This document shows, piece by piece, positions 1 to 9,210 of a stretch of 64,000 bases of DNA (within the stretch, counting starts at the first letter, position 1; each line of letters opens with the position of its first letter). The notes beneath the pieces are model-generated. The model worked only from the letters and a program-made list of their open reading frames with translations. It ran no database searches and was not told the origin of the DNA. Made by a program: the position numbers and the translations under genes. Source of the stretch: Promethearchaeia archaeon (lineage in GTDB: Archaea > Asgardarchaeota > Lokiarchaeia > Sigyniarchaeales > SOKP01). Location: assembly GCA_029856145.1 (NCBI GenBank), contig JAHQWK010000019.1, forward strand, positions 64,001 through 128,000, given 5' to 3'.

Positions 1-1
1 A

Positions 2-370
2 TGTTATAATTCAACACGTAATATCATAAAATATTATGATCTATCAAGAGAGATTTGTCTTAAACATGGAAAATCACCTCAATACTATTGTAGAATTATG
101 TTTGGGGGGCATTATTGTGTGACTAGGACAAATGTGAATTTCAATAAAAATGATCCAGAGGATATAAAAAAAACAAGGCAAATTCTAAAGGAAATTCATG
201 ATGCTGTTCAAAAACTTGAAGGAACAATAATGTATAAACCTCCAAAATGGGTAGTTCAACACCATAAAGATAAAACCCTTCCAGAAACAAGGAATCTAAT
301 TGAGAGAATAAAAAAATTTCTTGATCCAAATAATATTATGAATCCAGGACAGGGTATTGGAGATGATTAA
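2..370 (+). CDS. FAD-linked oxidoreductase (GlcD/D-lactate dehydrogenase-like), C-terminal part, truncated by window edge
   Basis: Frame is open from base 2. It ends in IKKFLDPNNIMNPG, the typical FAD-oxidase C-terminal motif, and overlaps a CCG-domain Fe-S gene. Confidence 0.75.
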   Translation, partial: CYNSTRNIIKYYDLSREICLKHGKSPQYYCRIMFGGHYCVTRTNVNFNKNDPEDIKKTRQILKEIHDAVQKLEGTIMYKPPKWVVQHHKDKTLPETRNLIERIKKFLDPNNIMNPGQGIGDD

Positions 371-1622
371 AATGGTGAAAGAAGAAAAAATAAAATTTGT
401 AGATGGTAAAGGCATAACTCGTATTGAAACCGTCCCAGATCAACAAAAACTTGATAGACATAAAAATTTAGAATATTATAAAGACATCTTATATCAATGT
501 GGAAAATGTGGTACATGCCGAACTGGATATCAGGAAGAGGGTTGGTTTCGAGTTTGTCCCTCTGGAGAATTTGGAAAGTTTGAGGCTTATTATTTAGGAG
601 GAAAAAATCTCATTTCTTGGGGAATTACTTCGGGGCGTTTAGATTGGACAGAAAATTTAGCAAATATATTTTACCAATGTTCCGTTTGCTTAGCGTGTAT
701 TCAGCAATGTCAAATCCCAGAGATTCATAATTATGCTGGCGAATGGCTAATGGCATTTAGAGAGGAAGCAGTTAAAAAAGGTTTTGGTCCAATGCCTGAA
801 CAAAAAAAGTATACTGATCATATTAGTAAAGAACATAATCCCTATATGGAAAAGCATAAAGATAGAACAAACTGGATTACCTCGAACATTAAACAAAGCC
901 CTAACGCAAAATTGATATATTTTGTCGGTTGCACTACGAGTTATCGAGAAAAAAGTGTAGCTATAGCTACAGCTGAAATATTAAATTCGTTACAAATTGA
1001 TTTTAGAATATTTAAGGATGAACAATGTTGTGGATCTCCTGTATATATGACTGGACAAACTGAAAAAGCAAAAAAAATTGCTGAGACTAATGTAGATTTC
1101 TTTAAAAATGAAGGAATTGAAAAAATAATAACATCTTGCGCTGGTTGTTATCGAACATTAAAAGAGACGTACCCTAAGAAATTTGGGCTTGACCATGGTA
1201 TTGAGATACTTCATTTACCTGAGTTTATTCAGGAAAAACTGAAAAATAATGAGATAAAATTCAATAACAATTTAAACATGAAAACAACATATCACGATCC
1301 TTGTCATATTGGTCGTCACATGGGAATCTATGAACCTCCTAGAGAAGTACTGAATAGTATTCCTGGTATTGAATTAATAGAAATGCCAAGAAATAAACAA
1401 AATGCTTGGTGTTGTGGTTCTGGAGGAGGTGTGAGGTCAGCATTTAAAGATTTATCGAGTTTTGCTGCGAATGAAAGAATTGAGGAAGCAAAAGAAACCA
1501 CTGCCGAAGCAATTGTATCCTGCTGCCCATTCTGTTTAAACCAATTCAAGACAAATATTAAAAATGATGAAATTAAAACATTCGATCTATCAGAATTAAT
1601 AAATAAAGCAATTAAGAGTTAA
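357..1622 (+). CDS. (Fe-S)-binding CCG-domain oxidoreductase (GlcF/HdrD-like)
   Basis: CxxCxxC...CP ferredoxin motifs and two CCG domains (FVGC, CCGSP, SCAGC, YHDPCH, WCCGSGGG, CCPFC). Confidence 0.9.
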   Translation: MEMIKMVKEEKIKFVDGKGITRIETVPDQQKLDRHKNLEYYKDILYQCGKCGTCRTGYQEEGWFRVCPSGEFGKFEAYYLGGKNLISWGITSGRLDWTENLANIFYQCSVCLACIQQCQIPEIHNYAGEWLMAFREEAVKKGFGPMPEQKKYTDHISKEHNPYMEKHKDRTNWITSNIKQSPNAKLIYFVGCTTSYREKSVAIATAEILNSLQIDFRIFKDEQCCGSPVYMTGQTEKAKKIAETNVDFFKNEGIEKIITSCAGCYRTLKETYPKKFGLDHGIEILHLPEFIQEKLKNNEIKFNNNLNMKTTYHDPCHIGRHMGIYEPPREVLNSIPGIELIEMPRNKQNAWCCGSGGGVRSAFKDLSSFAANERIEEAKETTAEAIVSCCPFCLNQFKTNIKNDEIKTFDLSELINKAIKS

Positions 1623-1674
1623 ACCTATTAATCCTTTTTTTATATTATCTTTATAGAAATATAAATGCGATTAA

Positions 1675-2457
1675 ATGAAAATCGAATTACTAGAAGAAAT
1701 TCTTGATAATTTAAGGAATTATTTAAACTCTGAATCTCAAAAAGGGAAAAACATATTAATCTATGAAAAAAAACCTAATTCCTCTAAATTATTTAAAAAG
1801 TTAGATATCAAAGTTGAATTAGATAAACACAAAGAGATAATTCTTCAAGAAGAAACTAAGCTTGAACTGGGGGGTATCAACAAAAAGTCCTTTTCTTTAA
1901 TCTATCCCTTTTCTAATTTAGATTTTATTAAATATATAAACAACGAGAAGATTACTCTAATTGGACTTGAAAGCAAGGACATATCAGATTTATCAATCGA
2001 CTTTGGAATGATAATCCTAATTGGGGGAAACGCTATTACTGAAAAGGATTGGGATTCTTTTAGACAATATACTCTAATATCTAATGGAATAGAAGGATTC
2101 TTAATAAGAACAATTCCTAGGAAATTTTGGTGCAGAATTAGTGAGAAAATTATTAAGAATTTTACATTTGAATTTCTAGGAAATGCTATTTTTTACTTAT
2201 ATAAGCAACGGTTCAAAGATTTAATCGAATCAATGGAGATTTTTTTTGTTAATACTTATCCAAATGTAATTGATGATTTCATCAAAATCATATCTAAAAT
2301 TAATACTTATATAAATGAAAAATGGTTAAAGAAAATAGAAAACTGGAAAAAAAGGATTGATTGTGAATATGATTGGGGATGTGAGATATGTCCTTATCAA
2401 GAAGAATGTTATGAGATTAAACAAGTATTAGTTGAAAGAGAAAGAATTGAGAAGTAA
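1675..2457 (+). CDS. Stand-alone acetyl-CoA synthase (CdhC/AcsB) middle-domain-like protein with C-terminal 4-Cys cluster
   Basis: LELGG..KSFSL, KITLIG, FWCRISEK and FEFLG..YKQRF..IESMEIF resemble ACS domain 2. C-terminal CEYDWGCEICPYQEEC. Lies upstream of CooC. Confidence 0.55.
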   Translation: MKIELLEEILDNLRNYLNSESQKGKNILIYEKKPNSSKLFKKLDIKVELDKHKEIILQEETKLELGGINKKSFSLIYPFSNLDFIKYINNEKITLIGLESKDISDLSIDFGMIILIGGNAITEKDWDSFRQYTLISNGIEGFLIRTIPRKFWCRISEKIIKNFTFEFLGNAIFYLYKQRFKDLIESMEIFFVNTYPNVIDDFIKIISKINTYINEKWLKKIENWKKRIDCEYDWGCEICPYQEECYEIKQVLVERERIEK

Positions 2458-2478
2458 TGTTGTAGAATTTTAGATATT

Positions 2479-3276
2479 ATGAATGAAAAAAATCATTATG
2501 AAAAACCATTAACAATTTCGGTTGTCGGAAAGGGAGGTTCTGGTAAGACCATTATAACAACTCTCTTAGCGAAGAGTATTTCAAAAAAGCATAATTTTAA
2601 AATGCTTTTAATTGATGCGGATCCAACACACCCACATTTAAGTCATATGGTAAATTTAGTTCCAGAAAAAAGTCTTGAGAAATTAAGAACTGATGTTATA
2701 GATGAAATTTTAACAAAAGCAAAAGATTTCGAAAAAGTAGCAGAAAATATTGACTTTGAAGTATATAATGCTATCGCTGAAAGTAAGGCTTTTAGTCTAT
2801 TTTCTATAGGACAACCAGAGGGACCAGGGTGTTTTTGTCCTTCAAATACTCTTTTACGAAAGGTTATAGGATCGATTTCTAAGGATTTTGATATAGTACT
2901 AATTGATTGTGAAGCAGGGCTTGAACAAATCAATCGAATGGTAATAGAATCAGTAGATATTCTTTTAATTGTTTCAGATATCTCAATAAGGAGTATTGAA
3001 ACTGCTGCAGCAATACGAGAAAGTGCTAAAAAATTCACTAAATATAAAAAATTAGGTCTTATTCTAAATAGAGTTAAAGGAAATACTGATTATATTGAAA
3101 AAAAACTTAAAAAATTAAATCTACCTCTTTTGATGGAAATTCCAGAAGATGATGCTATAACTGAATTTGAGCTAGAGGGTAAACCAATAATAGATATTCC
3201 TGAAAGCTCAAAAAGTTACTTAAAGATTAAAAAGTTAGCAGAAAGGATTTTAAATCCTAAGTTTTTTGAGAATTAA
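2479..3276 (+). CDS. cooC: CooC/AcsF-type nickel-insertion ATPase
   Basis: Deviant Walker A GKGGSGKT, IDADP, GPGCFC metal motif, IDCEAGLEQ, LNRV. Confidence 0.88.
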   Translation: MNEKNHYEKPLTISVVGKGGSGKTIITTLLAKSISKKHNFKMLLIDADPTHPHLSHMVNLVPEKSLEKLRTDVIDEILTKAKDFEKVAENIDFEVYNAIAESKAFSLFSIGQPEGPGCFCPSNTLLRKVIGSISKDFDIVLIDCEAGLEQINRMVIESVDILLIVSDISIRSIETAAAIRESAKKFTKYKKLGLILNRVKGNTDYIEKKLKKLNLPLLMEIPEDDAITEFELEGKPIIDIPESSKSYLKIKKLAERILNPKFFEN

Positions 3277-3310
3277 TATATTTTTTATCTTTTATCGTTT
3301 TAACAACAAT

Positions 3311-4096
3311 TTAAGATTGTTCTAAGAGAAATTTCATAACTATTTCATTAAATTCTTTAGGTTTCTCTACTGGAACAGCATGTCTCGCATCCTGAATTTC
3401 TATAAACTTAGCATTTGAGAGTAATGCTGTATATTCTTCTTTTACTGAAGAAGGTGCATAATCTTCGTCTGAACCAATTACCAGTGTTGGACATTTAATC
3501 TTATTGATTTGATCTCGAACGCTCCAACCAATTAATGCGCGCATGGCTGATAGATAAGCTTTTTTATCATTTTCTGCCCATCTTTCTACTAATTTTTCAC
3601 GTAGATCCTCTTGTTCAGGTTTTATGAATAATCTCGGGGCAAGAACTTTCCCCATTTTTTTCATTCCAACTAATTTTACTATAAATATACGTTTAAATGC
3701 TTCTAATTTCATTTTGAATGAATCCATTGGTATTTCAATCCCTGCATTTACAATCATTAAGCTTTTTACTAGATTAGGATAATCTAAGGCGAATTGAAAA
3801 GCAATACCTCCTCCTAAAGAGATCCCCAAAACATGAGTTGACTTAATTCCTAATTTTTTTAGTAATTCTGCAATATCTCCCGCAAACATTTGCATGCTAT
3901 ATGGACCTTTAGGTTTATCTGACTTTCCATGACCCCTAAGATCAATAGTGATAACTTGGTATTTTTGAGAAAAAACTGGAACTTGGAATTCCCAATCACG
4001 TGTACTTGATCCTAACCCATGGATAAGAAGTAAACTTTCACCCTCTCCAGTTACCTCATAATACATCTCAATTTCTTTAACCTTCTCCTTTGACAT
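3311..4096 (-). CDS. Alpha/beta hydrolase (3-oxoadipate enol-lactonase-like)
   Basis: LLLIHGLG, DLRGHGKS, GISLGG nucleophile elbow, GSDED, ARH. ATG at 4096 preferred over the ORF-track start 4141. Confidence 0.88.
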   Translation of the reverse strand: MSKEKVKEIEMYYEVTGEGESLLLIHGLGSSTRDWEFQVPVFSQKYQVITIDLRGHGKSDKPKGPYSMQMFAGDIAELLKKLGIKSTHVLGISLGGGIAFQFALDYPNLVKSLMIVNAGIEIPMDSFKMKLEAFKRIFIVKLVGMKKMGKVLAPRLFIKPEQEDLREKLVERWAENDKKAYLSAMRALIGWSVRDQINKIKCPTLVIGSDEDYAPSSVKEEYTALLSNAKFIEIQDARHAVPVEKPKEFNEIVMKFLLEQS

Positions 4097-4150
4097 AATA
4101 ACACCACTCAATTTACTTTTAACTAATATTGATACAATCATATAATTTTT

Positions 4151-4182
4151 AAATTGTTCGAAAAGTGCACCTTAAATCTTTA
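4151..4182 (+). promoter_or_regulatory. Putative operator/promoter motif, copy 1 (upstream of LVIVD gene)
   Basis: AAATTGTTCGAAAAGTGCACCTTAAATCTTTA is 29/32 identical to 5878-5909 and runs into a TATA-like TTTATAA. Confidence 0.7.
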
Positions 4183-4234
4183 TAATCATATTGTTAAAAA
4201 TTATATTAAACCTTTAAAAAATATTTGATAAAAA

Positions 4235-5311
4235 ATGAATTCAAAAAAAGTGCTTTCTAAACATTATCTCCTTGTTATTCTATTCTTTTTTATGGTCTTA
4301 TCAAAAAGTAATATTGTCTCTGCCGATATAAATTTATATCCACAAAAGATCGGGCAATTCGACACGTTGTTTGCTTGGGATGTTGTTGTAATTGATGATG
4401 TAGCCTATATCGGGGGAACTGAAGAAGGGTTGCAAATTATTGATGTTTCTGACCCTCGCAATCCAACCGAGTTGGGGCACCTCGACCTCGGAGTAACTCA
4501 CAGTATCGATGTTCTTAATGAGGTTGCTTATTTAGCGAATTATTTTAGTGGTTTGCAAATAGTCAATGTATCAAATCCATTAAATCCTATTAAGATAAGT
4601 GATTTCTATGATGGAGGACATGTTTCTGATGTTTTCACTGTAGGAGATCTTGTCTATTTATTGAGTGGAGAGAATGGACTTGAAATTATTAACTGCAGCG
4701 ATATTAGACATCCAACTAAAATTGGTGAATATAATGATGGTGGATTACCTAACGGGTTTTTTATTAAAGGAGACTTAGCTTATATAGCAGAATACTATGC
4801 AGGTCTTAAAATAGTCAACATCTCAGATCCATTTAATCCTTCCAAAATCGGTGGATGGTTTAATGGTGAAGGTGCTTACAGTGTTAAGGTTATAGATAAT
4901 ATTGCTTACTTGTGTTATAGTTCAAACGGTTTAGAGATCTTGAATGTTAGTGATCCTAACCTTCCGACTACTTTAGGATCATTCAACAACGGAGGTATTG
5001 TATACTTTGGTTTCATTTTAGATGATATAGCTTTTCTATCAGATGATAATGATGGGCTTGAAATCGTTAATATAAGCGATCCTACTAATCCTTGGAAGAT
5101 GGGCGGATTTAATGACGGAGGGCACACAAGAAATTTATTTGTTGATAATGATTTAGTATTTTTAACTGACTTTGATGATGGTTTGGAAATCCTCATCCTT
5201 TCAAATGGGCTTTCTCCTCAGAATCCAAATTTAATAATCCCAGTTATTATCATTGTTATTATGACAGGTTTAGTAACAATCATCATTGTTAAATATAGAC
5301 ATAAAAAATAG
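4235..5311 (+). CDS. LVIVD-repeat beta-propeller surface protein with signal peptide and C-terminal TM anchor
   Basis: About 7 repeats of GLxIxxVSDPxNPxxxG. Hydrophobic N-terminus ending VSA. C-terminal TM followed by KYRHKK. Confidence 0.9.
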   Translation: MNSKKVLSKHYLLVILFFFMVLSKSNIVSADINLYPQKIGQFDTLFAWDVVVIDDVAYIGGTEEGLQIIDVSDPRNPTELGHLDLGVTHSIDVLNEVAYLANYFSGLQIVNVSNPLNPIKISDFYDGGHVSDVFTVGDLVYLLSGENGLEIINCSDIRHPTKIGEYNDGGLPNGFFIKGDLAYIAEYYAGLKIVNISDPFNPSKIGGWFNGEGAYSVKVIDNIAYLCYSSNGLEILNVSDPNLPTTLGSFNNGGIVYFGFILDDIAFLSDDNDGLEIVNISDPTNPWKMGGFNDGGHTRNLFVDNDLVFLTDFDDGLEILILSNGLSPQNPNLIIPVIIIVIMTGLVTIIIVKYRHKK

Positions 5312-5343
5312 AATCTTATAAAAACTATCTTTTAAATAGTATT

Positions 5344-5856
5344 ATGGTTGAGATTAGGAAATATCTATGGTTTTTTCCCTTTATTGGAGGGCTTATAGCA
5401 ATTATCTCCTTCTTAGCTCCAGCAGCATCATTTATTTATCAATCACCTTCCTATAATACTGAATTTTATCGTTGGATGTTAGATTTCTATTTTTCTCATG
5501 TTTATGAATTTGGTATTCATACTACTACGATGGGATTGAATACTAGTCTAACAGGTTATATCTCATTTACAATTTCATTTTTAATTATTGGTTTTAGCAT
5601 TTTCATTATAATAAGTGCTAATAAATATAGGAAAGGTATTTTAATCCATAAAATTAATTGGTTGATCTATGCTCTATTAACAGTGATTTTATCAATAATC
5701 TGGATGGTCATGAAGGAAATATCAACAATGATTTCTTTTAATCATAGTTTTTGGGGACTTTTAAGTCCAGGGTTTGGGATAATTGGACTATTTTTAGGTG
5801 CTGGTTTAGAAATTGTAGGATATATATTCTTGAAGAAAAGATTGAGAAAGGGATAA
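5344..5856 (+). CDS. Hypothetical 4-TM membrane protein
   Basis: Four hydrophobic segments and a PGFGIIG motif before the last TM. Confidence 0.7.
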   Translation: MVEIRKYLWFFPFIGGLIAIISFLAPAASFIYQSPSYNTEFYRWMLDFYFSHVYEFGIHTTTMGLNTSLTGYISFTISFLIIGFSIFIIISANKYRKGILIHKINWLIYALLTVILSIIWMVMKEISTMISFNHSFWGLLSPGFGIIGLFLGAGLEIVGYIFLKKRLRKG

Positions 5857-5877
5857 GCAATCTTTATTATAGCCTTG

Positions 5878-5909
5878 AAATTGTTCCATAAGTGCACCTT
5901 AAACCTTTA
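5878..5909 (+). promoter_or_regulatory. Putative operator/promoter motif, copy 2 (upstream of ICMT-like/wHTH genes)
   Basis: AAATTGTTCCATAAGTGCACCTTAAACCTTTA, near-identical to 4151-4182. Confidence 0.7.
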
Positions 5910-5965
5910 AAAATAGAATTTTTTCTTATTCAATAAATAGAATTAAAAATTTAAAGTGAAAAAGA

Positions 5966-6559
5966 ATGAAAATTAATAATGATAAGATTAAAGGTAAAGT
6001 AAGTTCAATTTCTACAAGCATTTCTTCTTTTTTAATTCCAATTTTTCAATATGTACCGTGTACTGCAGTTTGGATGGGGATAATGAGTGTTCCATTCTTT
6101 GCTTATTTATCTTTATATTTTCAAAATCCTGGAATTTTTATATACGATCTCAATTTCTTATTTAGAACTCATGAAATCTATATAGTGTTATTTGGACTCA
6201 CGCTCTTTATTTTTTCTCTAATATATCAATTGACTCATAGAAAACAATTAATCCGAACAGGACCATATAAATACTTAAGACATCCTCAATATATTGCCTT
6301 TATTATTATGACTTTTGGTATGACTTTAATAGCTTTTCAGACAAGTCCTATTTTCAATTTTAACTTAGGTTATCTCAATGGTTATACGGTATTACTATAT
6401 ATATGGATTGGTGAAGTATTAGCATATATTGTTTTAGCTAAGATTGAAGAAATTGCCTTAAAAGCTAAATATGGAGATAAGTTCTTGGAATATGCTAATG
6501 ATGTAGCTTTTATGATTCCATTCTTAAAATTAAAAAGAAATAAAACAGAAAATGCATAA
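5966..6559 (+). CDS. ICMT/PEMT-family membrane methyltransferase
   Basis: LIRTGPYKYLRHPQY and IEE..L..KYG motifs; multiple TMs. Confidence 0.8.
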   Translation: MKINNDKIKGKVSSISTSISSFLIPIFQYVPCTAVWMGIMSVPFFAYLSLYFQNPGIFIYDLNFLFRTHEIYIVLFGLTLFIFSLIYQLTHRKQLIRTGPYKYLRHPQYIAFIIMTFGMTLIAFQTSPIFNFNLGYLNGYTVLLYIWIGEVLAYIVLAKIEEIALKAKYGDKFLEYANDVAFMIPFLKLKRNKTENA

Positions 6560-6592
6560 ATCATATTAGTTATAAAAAGAGTAAAAAGTGAT

Positions 6593-7312
6593 ATGAAAGA
6601 TAAAACATTTAATCGCTTCGTATTAATGAAATTAGGCTTACTTATTTTTTCTCTTATTTTATTATCAATTGTCTTAATTCAGCTAGTTCTATCATATGAA
6701 GAAATTCTTGGGCCTGACGATCTAATCAATCTAACAATTATCGTAATATCTGTTTTGATAGCAGCAGTTTTATCAATAACCATTTTTGAAGTGCTTACGT
6801 TAAAAGAATATAGAGGGTACTTTATAAAAAGAATACATATCAAAAAAGGAAAATCTTATTTAACTCTTACAGATATATTTGAAAATGAAAATCGTATAAA
6901 TATATTAACTCAAATCCTCAATAATCCTGGGATACATCAAAATGAATTACTAAGAAGCTGTGATTTGCAAAAAGGTCAATTACAATGGCATTTAGACGTT
7001 TTATTAAAGTATCATATTATAAAAAAAGAAAAATATGGGCAATATACTATTTATTTTCCAATTACATCTTCAATTGAATCAATTGAAAATTTTAAAAATC
7101 TACCAACAAAATCGGAAACTACTTCAAAAATTTTAGACTTAATTCAGAAAAATCCGGGAATTTCATCATCTGAGATTTCTAAAAAGATCAATCTTGCTCG
7201 AAACACTGTTAAATATCATATAGATAAACTATCAGAGAATAATTTAATTTTTTTTAAGGAAAAGGGTCGAAAAATAGAACTTTATCCAAAAGTAGGGAGT
7301 TTTGATAATTAA
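6593..7312 (+). CDS. Membrane-anchored tandem winged-HTH transcriptional regulator
   Basis: Two N-terminal TMs followed by two wHTH units (NPGIHQNEL...LQWHL; NPGISSSEI...VKYHI). Confidence 0.82.
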   Translation: MKDKTFNRFVLMKLGLLIFSLILLSIVLIQLVLSYEEILGPDDLINLTIIVISVLIAAVLSITIFEVLTLKEYRGYFIKRIHIKKGKSYLTLTDIFENENRINILTQILNNPGIHQNELLRSCDLQKGQLQWHLDVLLKYHIIKKEKYGQYTIYFPITSSIESIENFKNLPTKSETTSKILDLIQKNPGISSSEISKKINLARNTVKYHIDKLSENNLIFFKEKGRKIELYPKVGSFDN

Positions 7313-8193
7313 AAATTAAGCAATTTTGGAAATTTATTTTTCATATTTAGTTCCTTCTGTATTATCTCATCTAATAATTCCTCTCTCTCACGCCCAGAAA
7401 GAACTTCTAATTTCCTAATTCTTAACGGGTCAACTTTTTCTCGCAGTAATTTAAGTTCTTTTTCTGTGGGAGGCTTGGTTTCTTTTAAATTCTCTGGAAT
7501 AACTAGCTCAAAGCCGGTTGAGTCTTTTACTCTATCAATATCAATTCCTGGATGAATTGTAGAAATTCTCATACGCTTACTCTTATCTTCAAAGTTCAAA
7601 TATCCAAGATTGGTAATAACACATTGGGGACCTGAACCTCCACATATAGAAGGCTTTCCATCTGGAAATCCTACACCGGAGATGAAAAAAATATCTTCTG
7701 TTGGTACAAAAGTTCTTTTATCATGACGAGGAGTATAAAGAAAAGAACCACGAGAATAAAACATACTGAAATCAAGGATGCCTGCAGCTCCAGGAAGTCT
7801 TATTTTAGGTTTTTCCCAATCCCCTATACAAATATTATTTGTATTTCCATAATGATCGATTTGAGCGGGTCTAAAGAATTCAATTGTAGTAAGCTTATCA
7901 GAAGGAAGAGACTCCAGTGTGCATTCTACACTATCTTGAAAACGATATGCTCTTGCTGTATTCATTTCAAGATAAAGCAAACTAACTTGACGAGGTTCTA
8001 ATACAAATGTGTTTCCCATAATATAATGGTATATTGCATTTGGAGCATTAGTTACTTTTGCTAATGTAAACGCAGCCCATACCATAGGTGTTGCAACACC
8101 AACAATCATCACATCATCGTTTCTGACTTCTCTTGCCATTAAAACAGTCATCATTTCATCGATTGTATAATCTTTTGAATATTCACTCATCAA
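7309..8193 (-). CDS. CoA-transferase-fold beta subunit (GctB/IpdB-like), catalytic Glu absent
   Basis: YTIDEMM..MAREV, AQIDHYGNTN, RLPGAAG, VITNLG, IHPG, LREKVDP. Confidence 0.85.
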   Translation of the reverse strand: MMSEYSKDYTIDEMMTVLMAREVRNDDVMIVGVATPMVWAAFTLAKVTNAPNAIYHYIMGNTFVLEPRQVSLLYLEMNTARAYRFQDSVECTLESLPSDKLTTIEFFRPAQIDHYGNTNNICIGDWEKPKIRLPGAAGILDFSMFYSRGSFLYTPRHDKRTFVPTEDIFFISGVGFPDGKPSICGGSGPQCVITNLGYLNFEDKSKRMRISTIHPGIDIDRVKDSTGFELVIPENLKETKPPTEKELKLLREKVDPLRIRKLEVLSGREREELLDEIIQKELNMKNKFPKLLNF

Positions 8194-8202
8194 TTTTCCC
8201 TC

Positions 8203-9063
8203 CTATAATAAAATATTTAAAATTGTTTGTATTCCACCTGTTTCTTCCAAGTACTGAGTAGGTGTTTTACTCACTATGAATTTTTTCTTATACTCTTCAA
8301 AATCCATTTTTAGATAGCATTGAATGTGAAGTGGATCAAATGTATAAATAGGATAACATGAGGTAGGATGGGCACCAAAAGGCATTTTAATAACTGCAGT
8401 GGTTGTTTGGATAGGTAATTGTGCTTTTCCTGGCAAATAGCGGATATCCTCTGTTTCTACTAATTTTTCGCATATAATAATTGTCTTCTTTGCCGTTTTT
8501 GCCATGTCTGCATCCATCCATATTGCTCCCGCAATATTACCGTTCCCAAATTCGTCAGCATAAGGTACATGAATTATTGCCACATCTAAATCTATCTTAG
8601 GTACTGCCATAACCTGAGTTCCTGAACCAAGAGGGTCAGCGATTTGTTTAATATCATTTCTTACTTTTGGCATATCAGTTCCGATAATGCCTTTTAAAGG
8701 CATGAAAGGTACCTTCAAGTAGGATGCTCTTAATCCTAAAGCAATAGTAGCCTCACTTTCTTCAGAAATCTTCACTGAACCGAATTCAACTGCTTTTCTA
8801 TAATGAGGGGCCATACCAAATATTTCCATTCCTACAAAACAACTTCTTACTTCAGAAACACAACCTCCCGCTATAAGCATATCAACATCAATTCCTCCGA
8901 CAAAAGTGCAAATTGATAAATTTTTCTTATTTTGGCGAATTATCTCTCGACAAGCACTAGTAGGTTTTCTCCAAAAAGAAAGCCCTCCAATTCCAACAAG
9001 ATCTCCATCTTGTATGTAAGTAGAAATCGCTTCTTCTAAAGATATTAACTTGCTCTTCCTCAT
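8203..9063 (-). CDS. CoA-transferase-fold alpha subunit (GctA/IpdA-like)
   Basis: SKLISLEEAI..IQDGD..GIGG, VPFMP..GTD, DVAIIHV..AD.FGN, PFGAHPT. Confidence 0.88.
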   Translation of the reverse strand: MRKSKLISLEEAISTYIQDGDLVGIGGLSFWRKPTSACREIIRQNKKNLSICTFVGGIDVDMLIAGGCVSEVRSCFVGMEIFGMAPHYRKAVEFGSVKISEESEATIALGLRASYLKVPFMPLKGIIGTDMPKVRNDIKQIADPLGSGTQVMAVPKIDLDVAIIHVPYADEFGNGNIAGAIWMDADMAKTAKKTIIICEKLVETEDIRYLPGKAQLPIQTTTAVIKMPFGAHPTSCYPIYTFDPLHIQCYLKMDFEEYKKKFIVSKTPTQYLEETGGIQTILNILL

Positions 9064-9210
9064 TTATTAACACCTACTCAATTTTATTTTAGTAAAATTA
9101 GTGAAAAATTAATTTTACAAAATATAATTGTTTATTAAATTAAAGAATTGAGAATGAGAGAGCTATTTTCAAATTTTTATCTGAAATCAAACGTAATTAA
9201 GAATTTAAAA

